A stretch of 64,000 bases of DNA from a bacterium (GCA_021788015.1 JAJYLD010000005.1:349-64348), one strand, 5' to 3'. Counted from the first letter of the stretch, positions 17,533 to 26,838 are shown. The notes: generated by a model not told the origin, from the letters alone. Program-made: numbers and translations.

Positions 17533-17913
17533 TCACTTAGGATTTTCCAATTCCTTTAATGCTCTAATTAAACTCGGTATGCTTCTGAATTCTCTGTAAT
17601 TATCGGTCGGAGGCTTGTAACCATCCGGCCAAACACAAAACCATATCGGAGTATTATGCCGCTTGCCAAAGAATTTGTAGCCGAATTGTGCCAAACGGGG
17701 ATCGCAGACTATTACTGCCGGTTTGCCGTGTTCAGATTCATATGGATCATCAAATTTTTCCGAGTAGAAAACCTCGAAAAGATTTAAGACTAATACGGCA
17801 TGCCCGGCCTTTTCGAGTTCGTTTTCGAACCATTTATCTTGAGCGGTATCCACTTTTACCAGCAAGGGATCTTTTTGAAGAGCCCCTCCGTCTACTATTA
17901 AAAGAACGTTCAT
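17533..17913 (-). CDS. Hypothetical protein (126 aa)
   Basis: Clean ORF. GAGGAGG SD-like sequence upstream of ATG 17913. No family recognised. Confidence 0.55.
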   Translation of the reverse strand: MNVLLIVDGGALQKDPLLVKVDTAQDKWFENELEKAGHAVLVLNLFEVFYSEKFDDPYESEHGKPAVIVCDPRLAQFGYKFFGKRHNTPIWFCVWPDGYKPPTDNYREFRSIPSLIRALKELENPK

Positions 17914-18031
17914 TGATTCCTCCTCGGATAATTAGATTGTTTACATATTTACATACATTTAAAATAAGTTCAATATTGACTATTTCCTAAAATATGCTAA
18001 TTATATGGTAAATACATTTGAGGAGGGGCGA

Positions 18032-18535
18032 ATGAAAAAGACCTTAATCGGTTTCGGCATAGCTTTTTGCATAGTTATCGCGGCCAGCCTGTTTCTGGTC
18101 TGGCGGGGAGGAAAAGAGATTCGGGAACAGATAAAAATCGCGGATGCCCGGAAGCAAGTCTGGGTTAACGCGGCCGGACATGTGGCCGAAGAAATCGGTT
18201 CGCCCGAAGCGGACGAAGCATTTGAATTGATAAAAAGCGCGGTGGCTTGCGTGTATGTAAATGACAAGACATACTGCAAGAATAACGACAACAAATCCTT
18301 AGGCATTGTTTTTTTAAAGACCACCAAAAAATTGCGGTCGGGGAAGGCGATCGGGATCGATTTTAAAGAGAACATAATCCTTATTCCCCCCGGAAAATAC
18401 TCGGAAACGAGAAAGGGAGTGCTTCTTCTTAAAGCGGCGCAGAGCTTGCTTTCCGGACCCCGAGGTCAATCTTTACGTAATTATCCAAAGCAGAGCGAAT
18501 GCCCTGCTTTTTCCTTTTTTGTTGACATTTTCTAA
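18032..18535 (+). CDS. Hypothetical membrane-anchored protein
   Basis: GAGGAGGGG SD before ATG 18032. N-terminal TM/signal MKKTLIGFGIAFCIVIAASLF. Confidence 0.55.
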   Translation: MKKTLIGFGIAFCIVIAASLFLVWRGGKEIREQIKIADARKQVWVNAAGHVAEEIGSPEADEAFELIKSAVACVYVNDKTYCKNNDNKSLGIVFLKTTKKLRSGKAIGIDFKENIILIPPGKYSETRKGVLLLKAAQSLLSGPRGQSLRNYPKQSECPAFSFFVDIF

Positions 18536-18579
18536 AAAACAACAAATAATCTTTGCAAGCTCTTTTATGGGAGGAATCC

Positions 18580-18831
18580 ATGAATAAAAAAGACCTTCTT
18601 CTTGCGATTTTTTTCCAATCCGGCGGAGGACTTTGCGCGAATGGTTTTTATATATTGGCGGATCCTCAAAATATCCACGAAGTCGAACAGGCCGAACTGG
18701 CCATGAAGATTCTTTGGGAAAAGTTTCCCGAGGATATGAAGCAATTGTATAAAAATTTTCTTGAGTGTAAAGTGGATATTAAGGGACAAAAAATAAAAAC
18801 TTTCAAAATTTTCGGCAGGCGGTCAATATAA
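18580..18831 (+). CDS. Hypothetical protein (83 aa)
   Basis: GGGAGGA SD before ATG 18580. No family recognised. Confidence 0.45.
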   Translation: MNKKDLLLAIFFQSGGGLCANGFYILADPQNIHEVEQAELAMKILWEKFPEDMKQLYKNFLECKVDIKGQKIKTFKIFGRRSI

Positions 18832-18843
18832 CCGCTTTTTCTT

Positions 18844-18872
18844 TTGACAAAAAGAGCATTTTAGTGTAAATT
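18844..18872 (+). promoter_or_regulatory. Promoter-like TTGACA-17-TAAATT upstream of ileS
   Basis: -35 at 18844-49, -10 at 18867-72. Confidence 0.45.
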
Positions 18873-18895
18873 TAAAAGGAAATTATCTAAATTTT

Positions 18896-21800
18896 ATGAC
18901 CGAAAATAAAGAAAAAAATGCAAACCCGACCGGTCCTTTTCCGGCTATGGAAGAGGAAGTTTTAAATTTTTGGGAAAAGGGAAAAATTTTTGAAAAATCC
19001 GTTCTAAAAAACGCGCCGCGGGGCGATTATGTTTTTTACGACGGCCCGCCGTTCGCGACCGGCACCCCGCACTACGGCCATATTGTCGCAAGCACGATGA
19101 AAGACGCCGTGCCCCGCTACTGGACGATGCGCGGTTACCGCGTGGAAAGAAAATGGGGGTGGGATTGCCATGGTCTCCCGATTGAAAATATCGCCGAAAA
19201 AGAATTGGGCATAACCCGAAAAAAAGAAATCGAGGAAAAACTCGGAGTGGAAAAATTCAATGAAATCTGCCGTTCGAAAGTTTTGGGCTATGTTGAAGAT
19301 TGGAAAAAAATAATTAAGCGTTTGGGTAGATGGGCGGACATGGAAAACCCTTATAAAACCATGGACATTTCTTTTATGGAATCGGTTTGGTGGGTTTTTA
19401 AAGAACTTTGGGATAAGGGTTTGATTTATGAAGGCTATCGCTCAATGCATATCTGTCCCAGATGCGAAACGACGTTATCGCAGCAAGAAGTCGCCGAGGG
19501 TTATAAAATAATTAAGGACATTTCCGCGATCGCGAAGTTTAAATTGGAAGGAGAGCGTAAAACAATTTACATTCTCGCCTGGACAACAACGCCTTGGACA
19601 TTAATCGCCAACGTCGCTTTGGCAATCGGCGAGGATATTGATTATGTCGAAATCGAACACGAAAAGGGCAATTTAATTCTGGCGAAGGCGAAAATTAACG
19701 ATGTCATCGATGGCGAATACAAAATTTTACGAGAATTCAAAGGCAAAGAATTAATTGGTAGAAAATATAAACCATTATTTCCTTATTATACAAAACAGAG
19801 AGACTCAGTTCCTTTGAAAGGAGCCGAGTTTCCGAATCTTGAAAACGGATGGAAAATTTATCCTGCCGATTTTGTAACTACGGAAGAAGGAACGGGAGTC
19901 GTTCATATTGCTCCGGCTTTCGGCGAAGACGATATGAACTTGGGCAAAAAATTCAACTTGCCTTTTGTTCAGCATGTCGGCATGGACGGACGGATTAAAG
20001 AAGAAGCGAAAGGATTCGCCGGCATGGACGTGAAACATATTGAAAACCATCAAAAAACGGATATTGAAATCATAAAATATTTAGCGCATCATCAATCATT
20101 GTTTGCCAAGGGCAAATATGAGCATAGTTATCCGCATTGCTGGCGTTGCGAAACCCCGCTTTTGAATTATGCGACTTCATCATGGTTTGTGAACGTGACG
20201 AAAATCAAGAAGCGAGCAATTGAGCTCGCGGAAAAAATAAATTGGTCGCCGACACATATCAAAGAAGGTCGTTTCGGTAATTGGCTCAAGGGCGCGCGCG
20301 ATTGGTCAATTTCAAGACAGAGATTTTGGGCAAGCGTGATACCAATTTGGAAGTGCGATCATTGCGGCGAAATGAAAGTTTTCGGGTCAGTAGCCGAATT
20401 GGAAAAAATAAGCGGAGAAAAAATTTCGGATTTGCATAAGCATGTCGTCGACAAAATAACTTTCAAGTGTGAAAAATGCGACGGCGAGATGAAGCGCGTT
20501 CCCGACGTTTTGGATACCTGGTTCGATTCCGGTTCGATGCCTTATGCGCAAATGCATTATCCTTTTGAGAACAAGAAAAGATTCGAGGAAAATTTTCCGG
20601 CCGAATTTATCGCCGAAGGTGTCGATCAAACGCGCGCTTGGTTTTATTATCTTCATGTTGTTTCGACAAGCGTCATGGACGCCGATGCTTATAAAAATGT
20701 CATCGTGAACGGCATTGTTTTGGCTGAAGACGGAAAAAAAATGTCAAAACGACTGCAAAATTATCCCGATCCCGCTTTAATGTTCGATAAATACGGAGCC
20801 GACTCCATGCGTTTTTATCTTTTGTCATCGCCGGTTATGTTTGCGGAAAATTTGAATTTTTCCGAAGAAGGTGTGAAAGAAATTTTGCGTAAGGACATTA
20901 TGATTCTTTGGAATGTCTATAAATTCTACGAAATGTTTGCCCTCATCCCCGACCAGGCCTCACCCCAACCCTCTCCTAGCCAGGAGAGGGAGAGTTTGGA
21001 GGCCGTTCCGGAAAATATTTTGGACAAATGGATTTTGGCGCGACTCGCCGAGCTCGAACGCGAAACGACGGCGAGCATGAACAATTACGATTTGCCTCGT
21101 GCAACCCGGCCGATTGAAAATTTTATCGATGATTTATCGACTTGGTATTTAAGAAGATCAAGGGAAAGATTTAAAACTGTAGAGACGCAAAATTCCGTGT
21201 CTCTACCGGCCGATAAACAAGCCGCACTCGCCACCTTAAAGTATGTTTTAACCGATCTCGCGCGAGCTATGGCGCCGTTCACACCTTTTATCGCCGAAAC
21301 TTTATGGCAGAAAGTCACGGGAAATAATTTTCAAGATGAAAACAAGAGTGTGCATCTCGAAAACTGGCCGGAAGCGGAAATCGAGGAGAACGAAGAAGAA
21401 AAAGAAATTTTGGAAAAAATGCGCCTGACTAGAAAAATCGTGGAATTGAGTTTGGCGAAACGCGACGAAGCCGGAATAAAAGTTCGACAACCGCTTCAAA
21501 AATTAAAAATTAAAAATTTAAAATTAAGAATTGAAGAGGAATATTTGAATTTAATCGAAGATGAAGTTAATGTGAAAGAAGTTGATTTTATAAAAGGCGA
21601 TAATGATATTCCTGTGGTTGAGATTGATACGAACATCACCGATGAATTGAAAGTTGAAGGCGTGAAGCGCGACCTGGTCCGTTTCATCAACGCTTTGCGC
21701 AAGGATGCGGGCATGACTATCCGGGATCGCGTCGAAGTTTTTTGGCAATCGGAAAGCGAGCTCGTGAAAAAAGTATTCGCCCAATTCGGAGAAGAAATTA

Positions 21801-21904
21801 TGCGAGACACCCTGAGCGATAAAATCGGCAAAGGCGAGGGCGGAGATTTTAAGAAAGAAGCGAAGATTGAAGGCGAGGCGGTGAAGTTGGGAATAAAGAA
21901 GTAA
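18896..21904 (+). CDS. ileS: Isoleucyl-tRNA synthetase (type 2-like)
   Basis: HYGH (HIGH) and KMSKRL (KMSKS) motifs, CP1 editing region, zinc-knuckle cysteines. Confidence 0.95.
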   Translation: MTENKEKNANPTGPFPAMEEEVLNFWEKGKIFEKSVLKNAPRGDYVFYDGPPFATGTPHYGHIVASTMKDAVPRYWTMRGYRVERKWGWDCHGLPIENIAEKELGITRKKEIEEKLGVEKFNEICRSKVLGYVEDWKKIIKRLGRWADMENPYKTMDISFMESVWWVFKELWDKGLIYEGYRSMHICPRCETTLSQQEVAEGYKIIKDISAIAKFKLEGERKTIYILAWTTTPWTLIANVALAIGEDIDYVEIEHEKGNLILAKAKINDVIDGEYKILREFKGKELIGRKYKPLFPYYTKQRDSVPLKGAEFPNLENGWKIYPADFVTTEEGTGVVHIAPAFGEDDMNLGKKFNLPFVQHVGMDGRIKEEAKGFAGMDVKHIENHQKTDIEIIKYLAHHQSLFAKGKYEHSYPHCWRCETPLLNYATSSWFVNVTKIKKRAIELAEKINWSPTHIKEGRFGNWLKGARDWSISRQRFWASVIPIWKCDHCGEMKVFGSVAELEKISGEKISDLHKHVVDKITFKCEKCDGEMKRVPDVLDTWFDSGSMPYAQMHYPFENKKRFEENFPAEFIAEGVDQTRAWFYYLHVVSTSVMDADAYKNVIVNGIVLAEDGKKMSKRLQNYPDPALMFDKYGADSMRFYLLSSPVMFAENLNFSEEGVKEILRKDIMILWNVYKFYEMFALIPDQASPQPSPSQERESLEAVPENILDKWILARLAELERETTASMNNYDLPRATRPIENFIDDLSTWYLRRSRERFKTVETQNSVSLPADKQAALATLKYVLTDLARAMAPFTPFIAETLWQKVTGNNFQDENKSVHLENWPEAEIEENEEEKEILEKMRLTRKIVELSLAKRDEAGIKVRQPLQKLKIKNLKLRIEEEYLNLIEDEVNVKEVDFIKGDNDIPVVEIDTNITDELKVEGVKRDLVRFINALRKDAGMTIRDRVEVFWQSESELVKKVFAQFGEEIMRDTLSDKIGKGEGGDFKKEAKIEGEAVKLGIKK
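20956..21005 (+). repeat. Family C palindromic unit in frame in ileS
   Basis: aGGCCTCaccccaaCCCTCTCCTagccAGGAGAGGGagagtttgGAGGCC encodes QASPQPSPSQERESLEA. It is preceded by cctcatccccgacc, as in the uvrC copy. Confidence 0.65.
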
Positions 21905-21940
21905 AACAGGAAACCAAGAAATAAAAATAAAAATTCAAAT

Positions 21941-22828
21941 ATGTTTGGAAAATTTGCAATTTTGTTCGCTTTTTTGGCCATGTTCTCTTGGGGCGTCGGT
22001 GACTTTTTAATTCAAAGGACGGTAAAAAAAATCGGCGAGTTTGAAACTTTGATTTGGATCAATCTGATTGGCGGTCTCGGGCTTCTGCCTTTTGTAATCG
22101 GGGATTTTTCGAAATTGCACTGGGGAAATGTTTGGCCTCTTATTTTACTCGGGGTCATTGATTTTTTTTACGGCATCACCCTTTTGAAAGCTTATGACAG
22201 GGGGAAATTGTCAGTGGTGGAAATTATTATGACCGTCGAACTCCCATTTACCGTTTTGTTGGGCATGTCTTTTTTTAAAGAAAAATTGACTTTGCCGCAG
22301 ACCCTTTTGATTTTATTGATTTTGTCGGGAATAATTTTTATTTCGAAAAGTCCGGCGACCTTGATGGACAAACTTGTAAAATTTTTTACGGGCAGAGCGC
22401 ATCGCCTGGAAAAAGGCGTTATTTTGGCGGTAATAGCGGCTTTTATAAGCGGTTTTTACAATTTTATGGTCGCTTTCAATGCAAGGGATATCTCGGCGGT
22501 AATGGCGATTTGGTTTCCGTGGACGATGAGTTTTTTATGCCTTTTCGTTTATGTTCTTTTCAAAAAAGGTTTTAAGACGTTTATAAATAAAAGTAAAAAA
22601 GAAAAAGGAATGATTTTGATAACAGGTTTAATTGATACTTTGGCCTGGATAAGTTTTTCCATAGCTTTGTCAAAAAATGAACTTTCGATTACTACGGCCA
22701 TAACCGAAAGTTATCCGGCGATCGCCATGTTTTTGGGGATAAAATATAATCGGGAAAAAATATCCGGTTCGCAATACTTTGGCGCGGTCGCGGCCTTGAT
22801 GGGAAGCGTAATCATCGGAATAATTTAG
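21941..22828 (+). CDS. EamA/DMT-family transporter
   Basis: About 10 TM segments in two EamA-like halves. Confidence 0.7.
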   Translation: MFGKFAILFAFLAMFSWGVGDFLIQRTVKKIGEFETLIWINLIGGLGLLPFVIGDFSKLHWGNVWPLILLGVIDFFYGITLLKAYDRGKLSVVEIIMTVELPFTVLLGMSFFKEKLTLPQTLLILLILSGIIFISKSPATLMDKLVKFFTGRAHRLEKGVILAVIAAFISGFYNFMVAFNARDISAVMAIWFPWTMSFLCLFVYVLFKKGFKTFINKSKKEKGMILITGLIDTLAWISFSIALSKNELSITTAITESYPAIAMFLGIKYNREKISGSQYFGAVAALMGSVIIGII

Positions 22829-22837
22829 ATTTCGGAT

Positions 22838-23434
22838 ATGAAAATAAATTCATTATACAAACTTTTAATTTCTTCTTACATTTTTTCGACTTTTTCCGAA
22901 GGAATCATTATGCCGATTTACGCGATCTTTGTGCAGAAAATCGGCGGGAATATTTTAGACGCCTCGGGAGCGATGGCGATCTTTTTCATAACCGAAGGCG
23001 TTTTTACGATTATCATTCATCGACCGAAATGGAGCAATTCGCATCGCGCGACTTTGCTTATCGGCGGCTGGGTAATTTGGCTATTGGGCATAATCGCTTA
23101 TCTTTTTATTTCGAACATGACCATGCTTTTCGTAACCCAGATTTTGACCGCTCTCGGAAACGCAATCGCCGATCCGGTTTTTTATCGGGAATTGTCCGAT
23201 CACACGGACAGGAAGAGCGAGGAATTCGAATGGGGGCTTTTTGACGGATCAAAAGTGATTTTGGACGGAATCGCCGCTCTACTCGGCGGCGTCATAGCGA
23301 GTTTGTACGGTTTTCGCCCTTTGATTTTTACCATGATCGGCGCGGCCACGATTTCGCTTTTGATAATTTTGTATTACATAAGGAAATTGAGAAAAATGGG
23401 TTTGGGAGAGAAAATGATTAATGCGTTTAATTGA
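22838..23434 (+). CDS. Integral membrane protein (about 6 TM, MFS-half-like)
   Basis: Hydrophobicity pattern only. Confidence 0.5.
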   Translation: MKINSLYKLLISSYIFSTFSEGIIMPIYAIFVQKIGGNILDASGAMAIFFITEGVFTIIIHRPKWSNSHRATLLIGGWVIWLLGIIAYLFISNMTMLFVTQILTALGNAIADPVFYRELSDHTDRKSEEFEWGLFDGSKVILDGIAALLGGVIASLYGFRPLIFTMIGAATISLLIILYYIRKLRKMGLGEKMINAFN

Positions 23435-23436
23435 TT

Positions 23437-23868
23437 ATGAAATTCAGATTGATAAAACAGAACGAAATTGGTTTGGCCGTAAATATTATCCAGGAAAACT
23501 ATTCGAAGAAATACAGGAAAGCGGCGTTTAAAGAAATGGAAGCGATGTTTAAAAATTATACGGCTCGGCCGAAATATATCGTCGCCGAAGAGAAAGGGGA
23601 AATAATCGGACTCGGCGGTTATATTCAGTCATGGATGGATTACAATATTTATCAAATTTTCTGGATAAATATAAAACCGGGATTTCAAAACAAAGGAATC
23701 GGCACAAAACTGATAGAAAGAATAATTCGGATATTAAAAAATAAAAAAGCCTCCATGATTTTATTGACCACTTCAAAACCGAGATTCTATTCGAAAAAAT
23801 TCAATTTTAAAACTTTGGCAAAGTTTAAAAATAAAAAATACGATTTGATGTGTTTAAAATTAAATTAA
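23437..23868 (+). CDS. GNAT-family N-acetyltransferase
   Basis: The acetyl-CoA motif is FQNKGIGTKLIERI. Confidence 0.75.
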   Translation: MKFRLIKQNEIGLAVNIIQENYSKKYRKAAFKEMEAMFKNYTARPKYIVAEEKGEIIGLGGYIQSWMDYNIYQIFWINIKPGFQNKGIGTKLIERIIRILKNKKASMILLTTSKPRFYSKKFNFKTLAKFKNKKYDLMCLKLN

Positions 23869-23869
23869 T

Positions 23870-24220
23870 ATGTCCATCCGAGACATCCGCGCGAATGATT
23901 TGCGCGAGTTGATAAAAAATAATAATGACAAAATTGAAATCATCGATGTGCGCGAGCCGGACGAATACGATATCATTCGCATCAAGGGATCGAAATTGAT
24001 TCCGATGAATAAGCTGCAAAATCGGCTACACGAAATCGATTGGTCGAAAGATGTCGTTTTCATCTGCCGCTCCGGATCGCGAAGCAAACTTATGGCTTAT
24101 AGGATCGGCGCGCAAGGAAAAGAAATAAAAAATTTAAGATACGGAATCTACGAATGTTATTCGGACGGAAAAGGCGAGAACCTGGAAGTGGACAAAAGCA
24201 TGATCGGGAGGTATTTTTAA
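23870..24220 (+). CDS. Rhodanese-domain sulfurtransferase
   Basis: Active-site loop CRSGSRS. IIDVREPDEY. Confidence 0.8.
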   Translation: MSIRDIRANDLRELIKNNNDKIEIIDVREPDEYDIIRIKGSKLIPMNKLQNRLHEIDWSKDVVFICRSGSRSKLMAYRIGAQGKEIKNLRYGIYECYSDGKGENLEVDKSMIGRYF

Positions 24221-24225
24221 GATTT

Positions 24226-24501
24226 ATGAAAATTACAAAAAAAGTGCAGGAAAAATATTTTAAAGCCATTCTTGAAGGCGAGAAAACATACGAAGTCCGT
24301 TTGGCGGATTTTGAATGCAAGCCGGGCGATGTTCTTGTTTTGCTTGAACAAAAAGACGGAACCCGGGAATTGACGGGAAGGAAAATGGAATGCGAAATTT
24401 CCATGGTTTTCAATACGAAAGATATGGAAAAATTTCACAGCAAAAATGAAATCGAAAAGTATGGATTATTGGTTATGGCCATAAAAAAGAAAGAAATATG
24501 A
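24226..24501 (+). CDS. ASCH/DUF3850-like PUA-fold protein
   Basis: KYFKAILEGEKTYEVRLADF...GD.L.L is typical of ASCH/DUF3850. The stop TGA lies in the ATGA at 24498-24501. Confidence 0.6.
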   Translation: MKITKKVQEKYFKAILEGEKTYEVRLADFECKPGDVLVLLEQKDGTRELTGRKMECEISMVFNTKDMEKFHSKNEIEKYGLLVMAIKKKEI

Positions 24502-24623
24502 ATCCCGTTAGAAGCCGCAATCGCTTTCGGCGGAGAATAAATAAAACGGAGTTTAAAAAATTGTAATTTACGCGGATGTGCAATCAAATATTCTTGATCG
24601 CGATCTGCTTCTAACGGGATGAA
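24498..24623 (+). repeat. Family A start-codon hairpin element, copy 1
   Basis: ATGAA+TCCCGTTAGAAGCCGCAATCGC ... GATCGCGATCTGCTTCTAACGGGATGAA. Perfect 14-bp IR at 24502-15/24607-20. The terminal AT is part of ATG 24619. Confidence 0.9.
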
Positions 24624-25155
24624 ACATATTTACATACCCGGTTTTCTCGATACGGCGAAATACAGAAAAATGATCCCGGGTTTAGAAATCTGGCTTGAAG
24701 ATATCGATCCAAAAGAAAAGATTGAAACCGAATATGTAGTCGGGCATAGCATGGGAGCCGATTTCGCCTTGATCAATTGGGACAAAAACAGAAATACAAA
24801 ATTGATTCTTTCCAATCCGATTTTGTTAAAAAGAAATTTTTTTGCATGGGTGGCGAGATGGGCGAAATATTTATTTACGGCGGAAGAAAAGTTTCCGATC
24901 GGCAGATGGCCGACTTTACTTCATCCTGTTCTTGCGATAAAAAGACTTTTTCAATTGATGAATCAAGATTTTGACAAAATTCTTTCCGAAGTTCCCAGAG
25001 GACATATAATTATCGTGAGAGGCAAAGAAGACAAATATTTATGCTGCGAAGAAACGGCCGAATTTATAAAAAATAAAGGCGTAAATTTGATTGAAGTAGA
25101 TGGAGCGAGCCATGATTGGGAAGACGTAAAAAATGAAGTTTTAAAGATTTTATGA
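24619..25155 (+). CDS. Alpha/beta hydrolase (serine hydrolase)
   Basis: GHSMG nucleophile elbow. C-terminal D...H (ASHDWE). Confidence 0.65.
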   Translation: MKHIYIPGFLDTAKYRKMIPGLEIWLEDIDPKEKIETEYVVGHSMGADFALINWDKNRNTKLILSNPILLKRNFFAWVARWAKYLFTAEEKFPIGRWPTLLHPVLAIKRLFQLMNQDFDKILSEVPRGHIIIVRGKEDKYLCCEETAEFIKNKGVNLIEVDGASHDWEDVKNEVLKIL

Positions 25156-25214
25156 ATCATATAGCCATACCGATAAAAATTTTAGATGAATCCGGATGGC
25201 TTGGCGATTGAATT

Positions 25215-25285
25215 GTTGGAGAATTAATTTAACAATTCCCCCATCCCTTTAATTCTCCAATCCCCTTAATAAAGGGGTGTATAAT
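25215..25285 (+). promoter_or_regulatory. Palindromic units (family D-like) followed by TGTATAAT, 5 nt before ATG 25291 (possible leaderless start)
   Basis: TTGGAGAATTAA...TTAATTCTCCAA (25215-26/25249-60) and CCCCTTaataAAGGGG. TATAAT at 25280-85. No SD. Confidence 0.4.
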
Positions 25286-25290
25286 AATGT

Positions 25291-26406
25291 ATGGCGAAGG
25301 CTTTAGTATTAATTTCAGGCGGGCTCGATTCGATGCTTGCGGCGCGAATTTTAATGGAACAAGGCGTCGAAGTTGTAGGCGTGAGTTTTAGAAGTTATTT
25401 TTTCGACACGGTCCGCGCGCGCAAAGCGGCGGAAGAGCTCGGGATAAAATTAATCGAAGTTGATTTTTCGGAAGAACATTTGCGGATGGTGAAAAATCCG
25501 GCACACGGATATGGAAAGAACATGAATCCCTGCATCGATTGCCACGGGATGATGTTAAAGAGGGCAGGGGAGTTTTTAAGAAACCCCCTTAATCCCCCTT
25601 TCGAAGGGGGACAAATTTGCCCTCCTTCAAAAGGAGAGTTGGGGGAGGTTTTCGATTTCATTGCGACCGGGGAAGTGCTCGGGCAAAGACCGATGTCGCA
25701 AAACAAAGAGGCTTTGAAAACGGTAGAAAAAATTTCCGAATTGGAAGGAAAATTGCTGCGTCCGCTTTCGGCAAAATTGCTCGCGGAAACGGAAGCGGAA
25801 AAGGACGGAAAAGTAACCCGAGGCGGGCTTTCGGCGATTAAAGGAAGAAAGCGCGACGAACAGATGGCACTCGCAGGAAAATTTGGCATTAAAGAATATC
25901 CAAGCCCGGCCGGCGGCTGTCTCTTGACCGATTCGGAATTCAGCCAGAGACTGATCAGGCTTTTCGATAACTGGTCGGAATGCGATGGTAATGACATCGA
26001 ACTGTTAAAGAATGGAAGAGTGTTTTGGCTCCGGACGCAGGCCAATGCGGAACAACCACCCCTATCCCCCCTTCACAAGGGGTGCAGCGATAAGGTTATG
26101 ATTGTAATGGGAAGAAATGAAAAAGAGTGCGAAAATTTAGAAAAACTGGCGCAAAAAAATGACATATTATTGGAACTGAAAGAAGAAACGGGACCGCTAA
26201 CTTTGATAAGAAGCAAGAATCAAGAATTAAGAATCATGAAAGAAATGGAATTGGAAATACCGAAAAATTTAAAATTGAGCGAGTTGAAATTGGGAGAAGA
26301 AAAATCGGAAGAAGAAATTTTAGAAATCGCCGAATTGTTGACCGGATATTACGCGTCGAAAGCGAGAGGGAAAAAAATGACAATAGAGTTAAGAATAGCG
26401 AATTAA
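25291..26406 (+). CDS. PP-loop ATP pyrophosphatase (MnmA/ThiI-like tRNA thiolation family)
   Basis: SGGLDS PP-loop, NPCIDCH, ATGEVLGQRPMSQ. Confidence 0.65.
   Translation: MAKALVLISGGLDSMLAARILMEQGVEVVGVSFRSYFFDTVRARKAAEELGIKLIEVDFSEEHLRMVKNPAHGYGKNMNPCIDCHGMMLKRAGEFLRNPLNPPFEGGQICPPSKGELGEVFDFIATGEVLGQRPMSQNKEALKTVEKISELEGKLLRPLSAKLLAETEAEKDGKVTRGGLSAIKGRKRDEQMALAGKFGIKEYPSPAGGCLLTDSEFSQRLIRLFDNWSECDGNDIELLKNGRVFWLRTQANAEQPPLSPLHKGCSDKVMIVMGRNEKECENLEKLAQKNDILLELKEETGPLTLIRSKNQELRIMKEMELEIPKNLKLSELKLGEEKSEEEILEIAELLTGYYASKARGKKMTIELRIAN
25581..25650 (+). repeat. Family D compound palindrome in frame in the PP-loop gene
   Basis: aaaCCCCCttaatCCCCCtttcgaaGGGGGacaaatttgCCCTCCttcaaaaGGAGAGttGGGGGagg encodes NPLNPPFEGGQICPPSKGELGEV. 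Confidence 0.65.
26056..26084 (+). repeat. Family D unit in frame in the PP-loop gene (second copy)
   Basis: ccacccctatCCCCCCTTcacAAGGGGtg encodes PPLSPLHKG. Confidence 0.55.
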
Positions 26407-26506
26407 GAAAATCAGATTTAAAGTCGCGGTTTTTAGCCCCTTGAAAATTATTTTGATTTTTTTTAATATTTAAATATACCGGCGCTCGAAAAAAGGAGGG
26501 AATACC

Positions 26507-26758
26507 ATGAAAGTTTTTTATTTCGTTGCCGTTTTGGTTTCAATCCAGTTCGGCGGATTCTTTCTGGTCGGCCTTTTCAATTTTGCGAGACTCGCAAAAG
26601 CCGAACGAAAAAACTGGCTCTCATTCCATTGTGATCGTTCGCAATGGTATTGGCGCATAGTTTTTCCCGTGACGGTCTGCGTTTACGGTTTCTTGTCGCT
26701 CTTATTTCGGTGCAATCCGGATAAAGAGTGCGAGCGGCCATCCGAGGATCAGACATGA
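26507..26758 (+). CDS. Small membrane protein (83 aa, hypothetical)
   Basis: AAAAGGAGGG SD 6 nt before the ATG. Two hydrophobic segments. Confidence 0.5.
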   Translation: MKVFYFVAVLVSIQFGGFFLVGLFNFARLAKAERKNWLSFHCDRSQWYWRIVFPVTVCVYGFLSLLFRCNPDKECERPSEDQT

Positions 26759-26808
26759 TCCTTTTTATTTTAAACCAAACAAGCATTTTGTTTCGTATTA
26801 TTAGGAAG

Positions 26809-26838
26809 TTGACTTTAAGGTGGAAAATCTTGTATACT
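26809..26838 (+). promoter_or_regulatory. Promoter-like TTGACT-18-TATACT upstream of lemA
   Basis: -35 at 26809-14, -10 at 26833-38. About 75-nt leader with two small hairpins. Confidence 0.45.

Noticed and set aside
24498-24623. Family A elements considered as self-splicing introns, because of ATG at both ends and a precise junction logic.
   Set aside because: At 105-125 nt they are far too small for a group I or II core. No P3-P9-like or domain V-like motifs are visible. Several copies are not inside any ORF.
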